From NCBI RefSeq assembly GCF_964355755.1, contig NC_092680.1:16315045-16379044 (forward strand): a stretch of 64,000 nucleotides of DNA. Reading direction: 5' to 3'. The notes below the pieces were generated by a model, which searched no databases, was not told the origin of the DNA, and worked only from the letters and a program-made list of their open reading frames with translations. Both the position numbers and the translations under genes were made by a program. The stretch is from Antedon mediterranea. Its lineage: Eukaryota; Animalia; Echinodermata. Of the stretch, positions 25,792 to 39,910 are shown piece by piece. Numbering within the stretch: position 1 is the stretch's first letter; every line of letters begins with the position of its first letter.

Positions 25792-25880
25792 GGGGTGTCA
25801 CGAAACCTAAGACCACGAAAGCTAAGAACCCCCTAAGACCTAAGAAGATCACGAAAGCTAAGACCAAGACCTAAGATTAC
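25792..25880. mobile_element. Orphan Mutator-like TIR end with CTAAGA subrepeats
   Basis: GGGGTGTCACGAAACCTAAGACC..., the same terminal style as the elements at 31876 and 41388. Duplicated at about 53756-53840. Confidence 0.45.
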
Positions 25881-26309
25881 AACATTCTAAGATATACTAC
25901 AGCTTAAAAACAATACTTGTTTATCCATACATAATTTTAAACATATATAGGTTTCATTTATTACCATAAATATAATTAAATACTACCGCAAAAATAGATA
26001 GACTCACATTATTTTTGCCCGTTGAGTAATGTATATTTGTTCTTTACAACAAACAAACTTCACGGGTTGTTTGTTGGTATATATTTACTCCATTATGTTG
26101 GTTCAGAGGATGTTTTTCTTTCGCGCCTGCCTTTCTTGTATTTTGACTCCAAATTTGTTAACTAATTTTATCCTGAATACCACACTTTAAAATTAGAACT
26201 TATAAGTACTTTAAAAAAGGAGAAACACATAAAAACAAATTAATAAATCCTTTAAATTGATGATTTTACAGACATGTTTCTAGCTTTGTATACTGTAACT
26301 CCTCGAGCT

Positions 26310-27561
26310 CCCCCCATGCTCAATGTTTTTGTTTCTATGGAGCGCCAAAAGAGCAACAATAATAGTACAAGTATAAAAACAGAAAGAAAACGAAACAAAT
26401 CATGATTTTTAAATTAAAATTTATTTGCCAGTATTTATTTCTTCCTACTTGCATGATTATACTATTATCATTACAATTTTAATTTTACATTGTTCCATCC
26501 ACACTGTAGATGGTAGTCTGAGTTCCAGACGGAGTTTTGTCTTAATATTAGTAAAAAGATAAATATTTTGGCACATATGGCGTTTCATACGTATACTACT
26601 TGATTTTGGATACTCCGTCTGGGGAAACACGCACAAGTCACGTGGTTTGACACCAAGAATTCTTGGTGCATACGATTATCCGGTTGACTAGTTTCAGCTG
26701 CATGCGATTGGCTACTCACTCGTACACTGTTTTAATATTCATATTTCAGAATTTCAAAGACTCAACAACTAAGATGATGCGCATGCGCTATGTTACGTTT
26801 AGACAATGTGTACTTGGGTACATTTATGAAAGTTTCTGAAGGCTAGAAATTATTTTATATGCCTAGTAGTCTGGTAAACATTTGATGGGATTTTTTCCCA
26901 AGAACATGAAAACTCGTCTTGATATGATAGGCTAGCTTCTCCGCAAATCAAACATTGAATGGATCATTTATTACGAGGAGATAATTTTGATTTAATTCCC
27001 ACCCAGACCCTGTCCTGTTGTGTGTGGTGGTGTAGCCCTGTTGTGTGCCGGTGGTGGTATGTACTAGTAGGGCTACTTTATTGGCGTTTTATTTGGCAGG
27101 TCATGCGTGCGAGTTGAGTGGGACCTACGAAAGAGGCCTAGGCCAAGGACTAAACAATTAATAAACAAAACAGCTTGGCATTACGATTTTATATTTCAAC
27201 AGTCTCGATCATACATTCAGCACTGAACGTACGTCTTGATATTTTTCATTTTGAAACAAAATGATCATTGGTTGATTCGAAATCCATATTAACATACCGC
27301 CCGCCCCATATAGCCAAATACGGTATGATAACCTACGTCATTCTTATCGGATGTTTGCGGTCTGCAAATCGATTTCTATACGTGTTTCACAAGTCTGTAT
27401 TTTCAGACAAAAATCGCGGTCGAAATAAAAACAAATAAATTAAAAAAAAAGATAATACAGACTTGGGGCAAGTCTATGTAGATGGACTCCACAGAGTTTT
27501 CAGCCCTCTATATAATTTTTGCTCTTTTGACGTTCCATAGAAACAAAAACATTGAACATGG
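26310..27561. mobile_element. TIR element, CCATG(C/T)TCAATGTTTTTGTTTCTATGGA ends
   Basis: Inverted ends at about 26314-26357 and 27515-27561. The uninterrupted 280-bp version is at 54238-54518. Confidence 0.65.
26514..27476. mobile_element. Nested unclassified DNA element with TAG...CTA termini and 9-bp TSD
   Basis: TGTAGATGG at 26505-26513 and 27477-27485. Absent from the paralogous copy near 54430. Confidence 0.75.
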
Positions 27562-30500
27562 TAGGCCTACTGCTAACTGTACTGTAGGCTAGTCATGCGA
27601 AATTCGCAAACAGTAACTGGTTTTTACGAACGTTATAACACTTGACCTACTTAAAATTTTCAAAATATTTTGGTATGAATCGATCACCCTTTATCGTAAC
27701 TATTAATAGTGTGCGCTTTTTAATTGTTAATATTAACGGTAACAGTATTAATGAATATGTTAATTTTGCTGTTATAAGGTGGTGTAAACTGTTTTTAAGT
27801 AACAGTTGCTGTAATGAAATTTGAAAAAAAAAACATTAGTTCAGCTTTGGTTTTTTTTTGTGCGCTTATACAGGCGCGGATTTAGAAAAAAAAATTATCA
27901 GCCATGTCTTTTTAAAATAAAATAATGACTATTTTTATTTGTCTGCAACACGTCGGATCGTTTATCATTTAGACCCGGGCCTAGTTTAATTATTATTAAG
28001 TTATCTTAATAAACGGTGGCTGAATAACGAACGTTGTGTGTGATCTATTTGACGCACACGCACCCTCTGATAAGAAATTTCACACGACGTCTCTCGTACG
28101 TACGACGACGAAGGATCGTTGAAAAAACAATTCCTTTTGACGTACACGCACCCTCTGATAAGAAAATACCATGCGCGTTCCAGCATGGTGTAGTCCATTA
28201 TACGTGTGAAATTAGGGGTGTCCACTTTTTGGTATTAAATTTTAATACCAAAGTTAAACACGCACACCTCAACCGAAGATCGTTGGAAGTATATTATATT
28301 TATATGTTATCGCACCCACCTCAATAATCCAGCCGACAGATCATCGAAAAATCTTGTTTAACAACGTCATATTTGTTTGTTGTTGCTAACGTTTTCCGTC
28401 TTCCGACATTACGCTTTCCACAATTTGTTTCCATTTTTTCCTGTTTATGGCAGGATGGTTTGTTATTGTGTTAGTGTCTACTAGTCCTTGTAAGTCTTTC
28501 TTTATGTTTTAACAACGTCATAGGCCTACACTAAATTAACGAACGCGTTTTTACCGAACTCAAGGAAATATGGATTATACTAACAAAAAAGCTTCAGAAA
28601 TCGAAACTCGGAAAATAACTATAATTTATATTCTACTACATAATGTCATTGGCTTAATTTTTATCGTGGTTAAAACTCTGTGTATGAATAGTTGTAGTTA
28701 AGGCCTACAAGCAAATTTTTTTTGTATCATGTTTTCTCCGTTCGTTGCTACTAGCAGCTATTAATTAGGCTAAGTAGCTTGCTGTTAGGGTCTTGGTTGG
28801 CTTCACATGCCTTTTTTGATCGCATTGTTTGAAACTAAACGAAACATTCAACACAGGACGGTAGACGCTAAACATCGTATCTTATTTATTATTATTATAT
28901 GGATCGTAAGATGTAGACAGTCCTCTCCTACTATTACGTACGCTATCTGATGAATAGGGGAAATCCCCCAAAAAATGTTTGCGGGTAGAATTTTTTTTTA
29001 ATTCCACCCGGGCGCTCAACCGGAAACAAGCTATATTTTATTTTGGCCTAGTTATTAAAATATTTTTTAATGTTGTCCTTGGTGCCCCTTCGATTTAAAA
29101 CAAATGGCCTTGGTGCCCCTCAAATCAACGAAAACCAGAGGCCAAATGGCCTTGCCCATAAAATCCCCAAATTCGAGGCCTGTTTAAATAATTATGTGAC
29201 ATTTAATTGGCAAATTCAACAAAAGACCCTCCCTACAATTTGTGACGTTTCAAAAACATTAAGCCATGTCATTCCTTGTCTTAAATGTACGTTTATGGTA
29301 AATATGATAAAAAGAGAGAAACATGCACTAGGCCGACCCAAGTAGCTCGCGGTGAATCCTCTCGTGGACGGTCTTTAGGCCTAGCCTTTTTGTAGGCCTA
29401 ATTATTTGTCGGGCCGGGGAAATTTCTTTATGATGTTTCTTTGGCCATGGTGTTGAGGAGATAATTTCATAGCAATAAACAATATCTACAAATGTCATTG
29501 TACTCTTATTTATTCAGTGCGAGTTTTGTGATCCTCTTGACAAAAAATACATGCGGTTTAATTTATGCCGCCTTACAGTATGTTCGTTTACATATTTTGT
29601 ATAGCTGCATTCACTGAAGCTGTTGTTTTTGTGTGTGATATTCTGATGGTCATCGATAAAATAACAATCCATAAATTAGTCTTGAAAGCGTCAGATACCG
29701 AAATTTTTCCCGGGCCTTCGGCCCTTGGACTCCGACCGGGGACACTTTGGCGGCCCCCTGGCCCCCAGCTACTTACAGTTCAACATTACATTCGTTACAT
29801 TACAATTATTGTATTGTTTTTAAAACAACTTTCATCACCCAGGGAAGAATGTGCGCTTTGTAATTGTTAATTAATAAAGGATTATTAATGAATATGTTTC
29901 ACATTAAAGGTTAAAGGCCTATTTCACAATATGTTAATTTTGTTGTTATAAAGTCTATAAGCCTAAACCGTTTTTCAAACAATATTCCACCCAATTTAGT
30001 TTGTGAGGTATAGAAGGGTACTGTGCAAATATAGTTTTAAAAATATTACTGTATATTGTGTTTAAACGACTATTATCAATCAATGAATAATATTGTCCGC
30101 TTTTTAATATTCATAACAGTATTAATGAATAATATGTTAAGTTTGATGTTAGGTAGTGTAAACTGTTTTTAAGTAACAGTTGCTGTAATGACATGACAGA
30201 TTTGTTTTGTTTGTGCGCTTTTATAGAATGGATACTGTAAGCACGTTTAAAAAGATATTACATTTGATCGATTGCAACTGTTGTAATTAACGAGCAAAAA
30301 TAGCCCGGCTTAACATTTAATGAAGTGGGGCGGTATTGAACAAGGCCAACAGCCATTAAGTCGCGTGCTACAATGCATAGTGATACCGGACCGACAGACA
30401 AACAGACCGACAGACAGACAGACCGACAGACAGACGGACCGACCGACATAGTGAACTATACTGACCGAAATTACTGAACATGTTTAAAAATGTTGAAATG

Positions 30501-30932
30501 TTTAAAAACATTTATATTTATTTTAATTTACACGTGCGTAGCCTGTCACTTTTGACGTGCTCGTATAACGTAATTTCGAGTTGAAAAGTAAGTCAAGAAA
30601 ACAGAAATCGGGCAAAAAGAGTGCGCAATAACATTTAACGCGCAGTGCGCGCGCAAAAATCTGCGCACTCATGGCAAATTTGTAAACGCTTAAAATTGCC
30701 TGAAACGTACTCTTATTTCATCGAAAATAAATTTTGAAAATGTTAGGCGCGCGTACGCATGCGTTACATGCGCTACGCACGTAATTGTATTGCCATATGA
30801 TGATTTATGCCCTGAAATGTATGAGTACCAAATTTTATTTAATTGTGATTCATGGTTGTTAAGATATGATTACAAACGTGATTTCGTTAAATCGTGCGTA
30901 GACCGCGTAATTTTTTATTGCGCACCGTGAAA

Positions 30933-33303
30933 CGTATCCGGATATTCACCCCCTGGACATTTACCCCCCGGACAACTACCCCCCGGACAACCACCACCTG
31001 GACCACTACCCCCTTAGGACAACTACCCCTTTAGGACAACTACCCCCCGGACAAATACCCCCCGGACAACTACCCCCTTAGGACAACAACCCCCTTAGGA
31101 CAACTACCCCCTGGACAACTACCCCCCGGACAATTACCCCCTAGGAACAATTACCCCCCGGACAATTACCACCCGGACAATTACCCCCCGGACAATTACC
31201 ACCCAGAAAACTATCCCTTTAGAACACCCTAACCACCCAGACCATTCAACAACCTGACTCTGCAACAGTGTATAATAGGAATTAATAACTATATTTTAAT
31301 TCGTTACTTTGACGAATTACTATTCATTATTGTAAACAAAAGTAAAAGATTGAACATAAATATAGCCTGGTATAAACTGAAGATCGTCACACATGATCAT
31401 AGGATAGTCGAACGTATTATATAGTACTCCCTGTATTTACTGTAAAGACTGGGTTCGCTAATAATAATAATAATTTTTGCGTCAGGACAATGCTTCGATA
31501 ACCACTGGTCTTAAAAGAATTAATATTTGTCTCAAATTTGTCATATATGTATTTTTGTACACTTGAAGAATAATATCACTTTTGATATTTGACCTCAATG
31601 TTCACTCACCGAATAAACGTCGATCTTTAAATAAATTCCCCTCAAATAAACGGTGACCATGTCACTCCCATGAAACATCATATGGAATAATCGGCGTCTA
31701 TTTCCATTAGATTATACCCCCTCCCATTGAATAAACAACTTTCTTCCAATAAATGTCCACCTAAAAACCACCTAAACAATAAACAGCCCAGGCCGTTTTT
31801 TCAATAAATACGGTACTTTAAATCTAGCACATCTAGGGTCTAGCGTGCTGTTAAACAGAATAATCGGTTAAAAACGGGTGTTTCGAAACTAGAGACCCGA
31901 GACCAGAGACCAGAGACCCGAGACCCAATACGAAAAGGGAGACCTAAATATACGAAAAGGGAGACCCACGTACGAAAAGGGAGACCCCACTATACGAAAA
32001 GGGAGACCCCACTATACGAAAAGGGAGACCCTAATATACGAAAAGGGAGACCTAAATATACGAAAAGGGAGACCCAATTATACGAAAGGGAGACCCAAAT
32101 ATACAAAATGGGAGGCCCAAATATACGAAAAGGGAGACCCACTATAAGAAAAGGGAGACCCACTATAAGAAAAGGGAGACCCCACTATACGAAAAGAGAG
32201 ACCACACTATACGAAAAGGGAGACCCTAATAATATACGAAAAGGGAGACCCAAATATAGGTCTCCCTTTTCGTATTGGGTCTCGTTTCAGGTCTCTGGTC
32301 TCGGATCTCTAGTTTCGAAACACCCGTTAAAAACAGATGATTTCATTTTTACAGAAACCGGTCCTATATATTTGTCTACTTTTGGATGGGGGGGGGGGGG
32401 TAGTTGACCGGGGGGTAGTTGACCGGGGGGTAGTTACCCGGGGGGTAGTTATCCTAAGGGGGTAGTTGTCCTAAGGGGGTGGTTGTCAGGGGGGTAGTTG
32501 TCCGGGGGTTTGTTATCCTAAGGGGGTAGTTGTCCTAAGGGGGTAGTTGTCCGGGGGGTAGTTGTCCTAAGGGGGTAGTTGTCCGGGTGGTAAACATCCG
32601 GGGGGTAACTGTCTAGGGGGTAGGTGTCCTAGAACCGAAAAGGGAGACCCCCCTATACGAAAAGGGAGACCCTAATATACGAAAAGGGAGACCTAAATAT
32701 ACGAAAAGGGAGACCCAATTATACGAAAGGGAGACCCAAATATACAAAATGGGAGACCCAAATATACGAAAAGGGAGACCCACTATAAGAAAAGGGAGAC
32801 CCACTATAAGAAAAGGGAGACCCCACTATACGAAAAGAGAGACCACACTATACGAAAAGGGAGACCCTAATATACGAAAAGGGAGACCCAAATATAGGTC
32901 TCCCTTTTCGTATTGGGTCTCGTTTCAGGTCTCTGGTCTCGGATCTCTAGTTTCGAAACACCCGTTAAAAACAGATGATTTCATTTTTACAGAAACCGGT
33001 CCTATATATTTGTCTACTTTTGGATGGGGGGGGGGGGTAGTTGACCGGGGGGTAGTTGACCGGGGGGTAGTTGACCGGGGGGTAGTTACCCGGGGGGTAG
33101 TTATCCTAAGGGGGTAGTTGTCCTAAGGGGGTGGTTGTCCGGGGGGTAGTTGTCCGGGGGGTTGTTATCCTAAGGGGGTAGTTGTCCTAAGGGGGTAGTT
33201 GTCCGGGGGGTAGTTGTCCGGGGGGTAGTTGTCCTAAGGGGGTAGTTGTCCGGGTGGTAAACATCCGGGGGGTAACTGTCTAGGGGGTAGGTGTCCTAGA
33301 ACC
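30933..33303. mobile_element. Mutator/Foldback-like element with GGACAACTACCCCCC minisatellite arms
   Basis: TSD CCGTGAAA (30925-30932, 33304-33311). C-rich arm 30938-31230; inverted G-rich arms 32390-32636 and 33025-33303. Confidence 0.8.
31876..32325. mobile_element. Nested Mutator-like MITE
   Basis: TIRs GGGTGTTTCGAAACTAGAGA, 9-bp TSD GTTAAAAAC (31867-31875, 32326-32334), internal 21-22-bp repeats TATACGAAAAGGGAGACCC. Confidence 0.9.
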
Positions 33304-33784
33304 CCGTGAAAACATAACCACATCGATTCCTGGCCATAAGGAATATTCTGTGAAAAATTGACTTAGCTAGATTAAACTGATATCAAGATAAGGTCATAAA
33401 GCGATAAAACGCATAGTGATACCGGACCGACAGACAGACAGACAGACAGACAGACCGACCGACCGACATAGTGAACTATAGAGTCGCTTTCACGCGACTA
33501 ATAACTATCAGTGTGTCGTCACATGTTGACGTAAGAAGTTATTTATTAGTTCTAGTTTATATACTACGAGAGAGCTTACTTTAAATGCTGTTTTAATTTC
33601 AGGTAGTCATGTTGTACTTGTGTTGAAAAGTTTTAATGAATCATAACGGAATAATAACTTGTGGTTATCGTTTATAAGCAAACTGTTGTATTTTTGTTTG
33701 CTTCAGAAATTATCTTCTAAAATTGCATGTTGTAACAAGTCAAAACAAAACTAAAATGAATTCGCCATAAAAGGACATAGGTAC

Positions 33785-34415
33785 AAGTTCGCGGAACTAG
33801 TTTGGCAAATGGTAAAGTAGTCAAGGGTCATCTACCCATAACAAATTACTTATTCGCCGTAGAAGGCGTAGATGCAAAAACTATTTTGAAAAAATTAAGT
33901 AGGTAAGTAAGTGTTATAACGTTCGTAAAAGCCAGTTACTTATTGGCCGTAGAGGGCGTATGCGCAAAAAGTTCGCGGAACTGGGGTGGCAAATAGTAAA
34001 GTAGGTCAAGGGTCATCGATTCATACCAAAATATTTTGAAAAAATTAAGTAGGTCAAGTGTTATAACGTTCGTAAAGCCAGTTACTTATTCGCCGTATAG
34101 GGCGTAGACGCAAAAAAGTTCGCGGAACTGGGGTGGCAAACGGAGAGTAGGTCAAGGGTGATCGATTCATACCAAAAATAATATTTTGAAAAAATTAAGC
34201 AGATCCGAGTGTTATAACGTTCGTAAAGCCAGTTACTTATTCGCCGTAGAGGGCGTAGATGCCAAAAAGTTTGCGGAACTAGGGTGGAAAATGGTAAAGT
34301 AGGTCAAGAGTCATCGATCTATACCAAAATATTTTGAAAATATTAAGTAGGTCAAGTGTTATAACGTTCGTAAATGCTAGTTACTTATTCGCCGTAGAGG
34401 GCGTAAATGCATAAA
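33785..34415. repeat. Tandem repeat of about 148 bp, about 4 units
   Basis: Recurring GTTCGCGGAACT...GTTATAACGTTCGTAAA...TTCGCCGTAGAGGGCGTA. An inverted single unit lies at about 27605-27690. Confidence 0.85.
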
Positions 34416-35737
34416 ATGTTATTGAACTTTCAAGGCTAACATGTTGATGCAATAACAACTCAATTAGACAGTTATTACGTATTAAAATCTGTTTTTAAAA
34501 ATATTTGTGACTGTCCCTTTAATTGAATTTGAATAAGGAACTAGGAACTAGTAACCAACTTCACAGACATGTAAAGAACACAATCATTCATACACTAGTA
34601 ATGTATTTCTTTAAAAAAAATGTAGTCAAGTAGGAACCTTTTAAATAATGTCATGTCATGTCATGTCAAATGCACAAGCCAAATGATACTATAGAATAGT
34701 AGTAGCTCCCCTTCTTAGGCCTATTTCTAAAATCCTATATTTACCACTCACTGGTAACCTTAAATCTGTACCATACAATGTAATTACCGGTTATTTTTTA
34801 TTTTCAGCCCATCATGTTTAGTCATTTTCAAAACTGGAAATACACAGAATGTTCCTTACCTCCCATTTTTGATGAATTTAGTAAAGTAAGTATCTTCATT
34901 ATTCATTGTTTTGGTTTTATTTGTACATGAATTTTAAATTCATCCAAATCGACATTTTCACTAAATAAGAATATTATGATATATATATTACATACATTAT
35001 TTTAATATACTGTAGCATGGTGATCTTTTAGAGTTCTTTGTTGTATATTTTGTATTCCTTTTTTTCTGACAGGTTCCAAATTTTCTAGGCATCCCAAGCT
35101 GCTTAATAAGACTGGTTTTGATTTACAAGTACACAGGTTCTACTAACCAGTATGAGGCTATAACTTGTCTTAATATTATTTCTTTTTACCATTAATATTG
35201 AATATTTGACAACATTTAGAAAATAGACTTAATATCACAAAAACATGACTACTTACTCCTAAAGAATTGTTACCCTAGTAGCACCCTAGTTATATAACCA
35301 GTACAGTACCAATGTCACTACCCACACAGTTACAATTCCAATACTGCCATCTGCAGTGTTAACACTGCCACCACCCAAACTACACTGCATTACACCAGCT
35401 ACAGACCGTGCAATTACCTCAGCTAAAACACCAGTTACCCCAGCTAAAACATTCTAGTACAGTGTCACTACCTACAAATCTACAGTCCTACTACCGTAGT
35501 GTAATCTATAGTGTCAACACTCCACCACCCTAAGTACACTGCTATTACCCCAGCTACAGATCATGCCATTACCTCAGCTACAGCACCAGTACACCAGTTA
35601 AAGAATTGTTACCCTAGTTACAATGCCAGTACAGTGTCACTACCCACAAATCTACAGTTCTACTACTTCCAAGTGTCAACACTGCCACCACCCAAACTAC
35701 TGTACAGCGACATTACTGAAACTACAGTGAGTACACT

Positions 35738-37495
35738 ACCCCAGCTAAAGTATCACCATTGGCGTACCCCAGCTATTGTATCACCATTGGTGTACCCCAG
35801 CTATTGTATCACCATTGGCATACCCCAGCTATTGTATCACCATTGGCGTACCCCAGCTATTGTATCATCATTACCGTACCCCAGTTATTGTATCACCATT
35901 GGCATACCCCAGCTATTGTATCACCATTGGCGTACCCCAGCTATTGTATCACCATTGGCGTACCCCAGCTATTGTATCACCATTGGCGTACCCCAGCTAT
36001 TGTATCACCATTACCGTACCCCAGCTATTGGATCACCATTGGCGTACCCCAGCTATTGGATCACCATTGGCGTACCCCAGCTATTGTATCACCATTGGTG
36101 TACCCCAGCTATTGTATCACCATTGGTGTACCCCAGCTATTGTATCACCATTGGCATACCCCAGCTATTGTATCACCATCGGCGTACCCCAGCTATTGTA
36201 TCACCATTACCGTACCCCAGCTATTGGATCACCATTGGCGTACCCCAGCTATTAGATCACCATTGGCGTACCCCAGCTATTGTATCACCATTGGTGTACC
36301 CCAGCTATTGTATCACCATTGGTGTACCCCAGCTATTGTATCACCATTGACATACCCCAGCTATTGTATCACCATTGGCGTACCCCAGCTATTGTATCAT
36401 CATTACCGTACCCCAGTTATTGTATCACCATTGGCATACCCCAGCTATTGTATCACCATTGGCGTACCTCAGCTATTGTATCACCATTGGCGTACCCCAG
36501 CTATTGTATCACCATTACCGTACCCCAGCTATTGTATCACCATTACCGTACCCCAGCTATTGGATCACCATTGGTGTACCCCAGCTATCGTATCACCATT
36601 GGCGTACCCCAGCTATTGTATCACCATTGGCGTACCCCAGCTATTGTATCACCATTGGCGTACCCCAGCTATTGTATCACCATTGGTGTACCCCAGCTAT
36701 TGTATCACCATTGGTGTACCCCAGCTATTGTATCACCATTGGCGTACCCCAGCTATTGTATCACCATTGGCATACCCCAGCTATTGTATCACCATTGGCG
36801 TACCCCAGCTATTGTATCACCATTACCGTACCCCAGCTATTGTATCACCATTACCGTACCCCAGCTATTGTATCACCATTGGCGTACCCCAGCTATTGGA
36901 TCACCATTGGCGTACCCCAGCTATGTATCACCATTGGTGTACCCCAGCTATTGTATCACCATTGGTGTACCCCAGCTATTGAATCACCATTTGCGTACCC
37001 CAGCTATTGTATCATCATTGGCGTACCCCAGCTATTGTATCACCATTACCGTACCCCAGCTATTGTATCACCATTACCGTACCCCAGCTATTGTATCACC
37101 ATTACCGTACCCCAGCTATTGTATCACCATTACCGTACCCCAGCTATTGTATCACCATTACCGTACCCCAGCTATTGTATCACCATTACCGTACCCCAGC
37201 TATTGTATCACCATTACCGTACCCCAGCTATTGTATCACCATTACCGTACCTCAGCTATTGTATCACCATTACCGTACCCCAGCTATTGTATCACCATTG
37301 GCGTACCCCAGCTATTGTATCACCATTAGCGTACCCCAGCTATTGTATCACCATTGGCGTACCCCAGCTATTGTATCACCATTGGCGTACCCTAGCTATT
37401 GTATCACCATTACCGTACCCCAGCTATTGTATCACCATTGGCATACCCCAGCTATTGTATCACCATTGGCATACCCCAGCTATGGTGTCACCATT
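35738..37495. repeat. 28-bp minisatellite (CCCCAGCTATTGTATCACCATTGGCGTA)n, about 62 units
   Basis: Directly visible, with variants GGCGTA/GGTGTA/GGCATA/ACCGTA. Preceded by a degenerate related tract at 35260-35740. Confidence 0.97.
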
Positions 37496-38199
37496 GTCCA
37501 AAGTTCAGGGCTGTATAAACACCCACAATGCCACCACAATGCCACCACAGGACCACTATAGTACCATCTGCAGTGTCAACAGTACCGCCACAGTCCCCAA
37601 GTCATCTCATTTATTTAGTCAGAACCATACAATAAAATACAAAAGTACATAACAACTTTAATTTCAAAGTTGGCCAAGGAAGACAAACTAAATTACTGTA
37701 GCCTGCTGGCCTGCAGTCCAAACTAAGAAATTCAAACAATAAAACAGTACCTAAGTTACTCCGTAAGGTGTATCAGAAGTGATCATCATTTTAGCTAGAT
37801 ATTATCAAATTCTGGATTATGAATGATGATTGATTTCTTAGAATTAATGCATGTCTTTCGTATATAATTATAAAAAAGTTGAGGAAGAGTCATTGCACAT
37901 AATTCATGTATTAGAATTAATTTTTTAAGATTATCAAATCTTTACTCTTTACAGTATTTAATGTTTTTCAAAATCAAAATTCCAACTTTTAAGGATACTT
38001 CCGAGTTTCAATTTTCTATTGTTTATTATAATGTATAAAACTCTACAACATTTATTATAACCCCAACATATTTTACAATAACTTTGAAGCAGAAGGAGCA
38101 TCATGAAAAAAGTTGGTGATGCTCTACTTTTTTCTAGTGTGAAAAGATAAGAAATTTACCAAAATAAATATAAATATATAAATAAGTGGGCATTCTTAC

Positions 38200-39910
38200 A
38201 TTTTTGTTCAAGTATTTCTGTTTATTAAACAACATTTTTTCATTCATTTTTATAGATACCAAACTTACCAGGCATAGTTTCATCAAGTATTCGCTTGGTC
38301 ATTTTACATTTGTATCCAAATGATCTGAAAGAGAAGATTTCTTAGGCACAAAACAGTGCAATTTCTATTTAGGAATTGTGCTCAAGAGTGATTGTATTTT
38401 TATTTTTTATGAGGCAATCTATTGAAATAAAGTTCCTATTTTTGTATTTTTAAAACTATTTATTGAACTTAAAGTAAATACAAGTTATACAATTTAGTTA
38501 GTTTACACACAATTGAGACTGATAGAAAGATATTCCCCATCAGCCTAAGATGTTTTTTCTTAATGAATTTCCAGGCTTGAAAATAATGGAATAGAAAATA
38601 TTATTTAAATTAAAAAAGATGTACTGTATTGTACACCAAAAGACTTTGAATAGGCCATTTTGCAGTTTAAATAAAGTTATTCAATTCCGTAGTTAAAAAT
38701 CAACAAATATAATGATTTCACTTATAAACCAAAATAGATGGTTCATTGTCTTTTCGGATCCAATTTCTGGTCAATGTGAATAATTTTTTAATTTTTAAAT
38801 GGCATGTTCAACAAAGAAAAATAAGATAAAGTAATTTTCAAGGTATGGGGGAGGCAATTATCTAATAACTTCAGATGCTACAAACTTTTATTGTATTTAC
38901 TCTCTATTTTTAAAACATATAAGAGTAAATACTGATATAATTACTATACTACTGATGAACCTTTTACTATGAGAATAAATATAATTGTTAATTGAAAACC
39001 CATTGACATTTTTTCTTTCTCCAACCCGGAGGTTGAGCTAATTTATATTTATTTTAATATCTTTGAAATGTCTAACCAGTTTGGATTGACGTATTATTAT
39101 GCATTTATTTTCGACTACGCGGCCAATCTCTTACCAATTTATATGATGCAATATTGTGTCTACATCTATCCTAGATTATAAATTGTGAGTGAGTAAATTC
39201 TTGTCATTTTATTGGAGCAGTGGTTCTTGAAATAGAGGTGGGGTGTGGGGAGAAAATTGAAATTAGTGTCCTTTCTTTTGCAATACATTTAGCAAAATTT
39301 AGGGGGAATAATTACCATTGAACTCAGATGCAGACCAGGGGTGTTGCCCACATATAGAAGGATCGGCCCTTGGGTTAATTGGGGAAAATCCATTAAAGAT
39401 CATCTATTAAACTGAATACAAATGTATATCTTAGAACAATTTGCTCCTAGTTTGAATTCTCTCCGACCTTCCGTTACTAGCGAAAGAGGTAAAAGGTCAA
39501 AATTGCTAAAAATAGGGTTTACAGTCAATTTTACAAAACAATTTCTCTTAGAGATAATATAAATTTATACATTGTGAACAATTTGACACCAAAATTATCT
39601 CACTATGTCCAGTATTTCCAGAGATACATCATGTTTTATGACAATAGTGGCAATTTTGTTTATGCTAATTATGCGGCAAATTGCTCAATGCTGACAGCCG
39701 TCAAGTGAAAAAATTATTATTTCTGATGATATAAAGAATCAAAATCCATAAAAAAAAACTATAGAAAACATTGCAAGGTTAAACCTTGGCTGCCTGACTA
39801 GGAGATGTATCTCTCTCCTGATGAGAGTAATTGATTGAAATCTATATTTATTGGTACTTAAAATAACTATTTTACCATTGATAATTCATCGTATATTATG
39901 AAGTTTGCGG
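38200..39910 (+). repeat. Direct segmental copy of 1068-3430 (without the 1605-2200 HINE)
   Basis: Continuous high identity, e.g. TTTTTGTTCAAGTATTTCTGTTTATTAAAC through TATATTATGAAGTTTGC. Confidence 0.95.

Larger units (their letters stand above)
30339..33501. mobile_element. HINE/DINE-like element, family A, copy 3, interrupted
   Basis: Matches copies 1 and 2 over 30339-30932 and 33304-33501. Confidence 0.85.

Noticed and set aside
32108-33117. ORFs of 99 and 122 aa (IRKGRP repeats)
   Set aside because: They derive from MITE internal repeats and G-rich arms.
30938-37495. Regular short repeats resembling CRISPR arrays
   Set aside because: Units are contiguous without unique spacers, there are no cas genes, and the context is eukaryotic.
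35511-37652. Several overlapping 160-425-aa ORFs
   Set aside because: By-product of a stop-free 28-bp repeat that gives the same peptide in all three frames.
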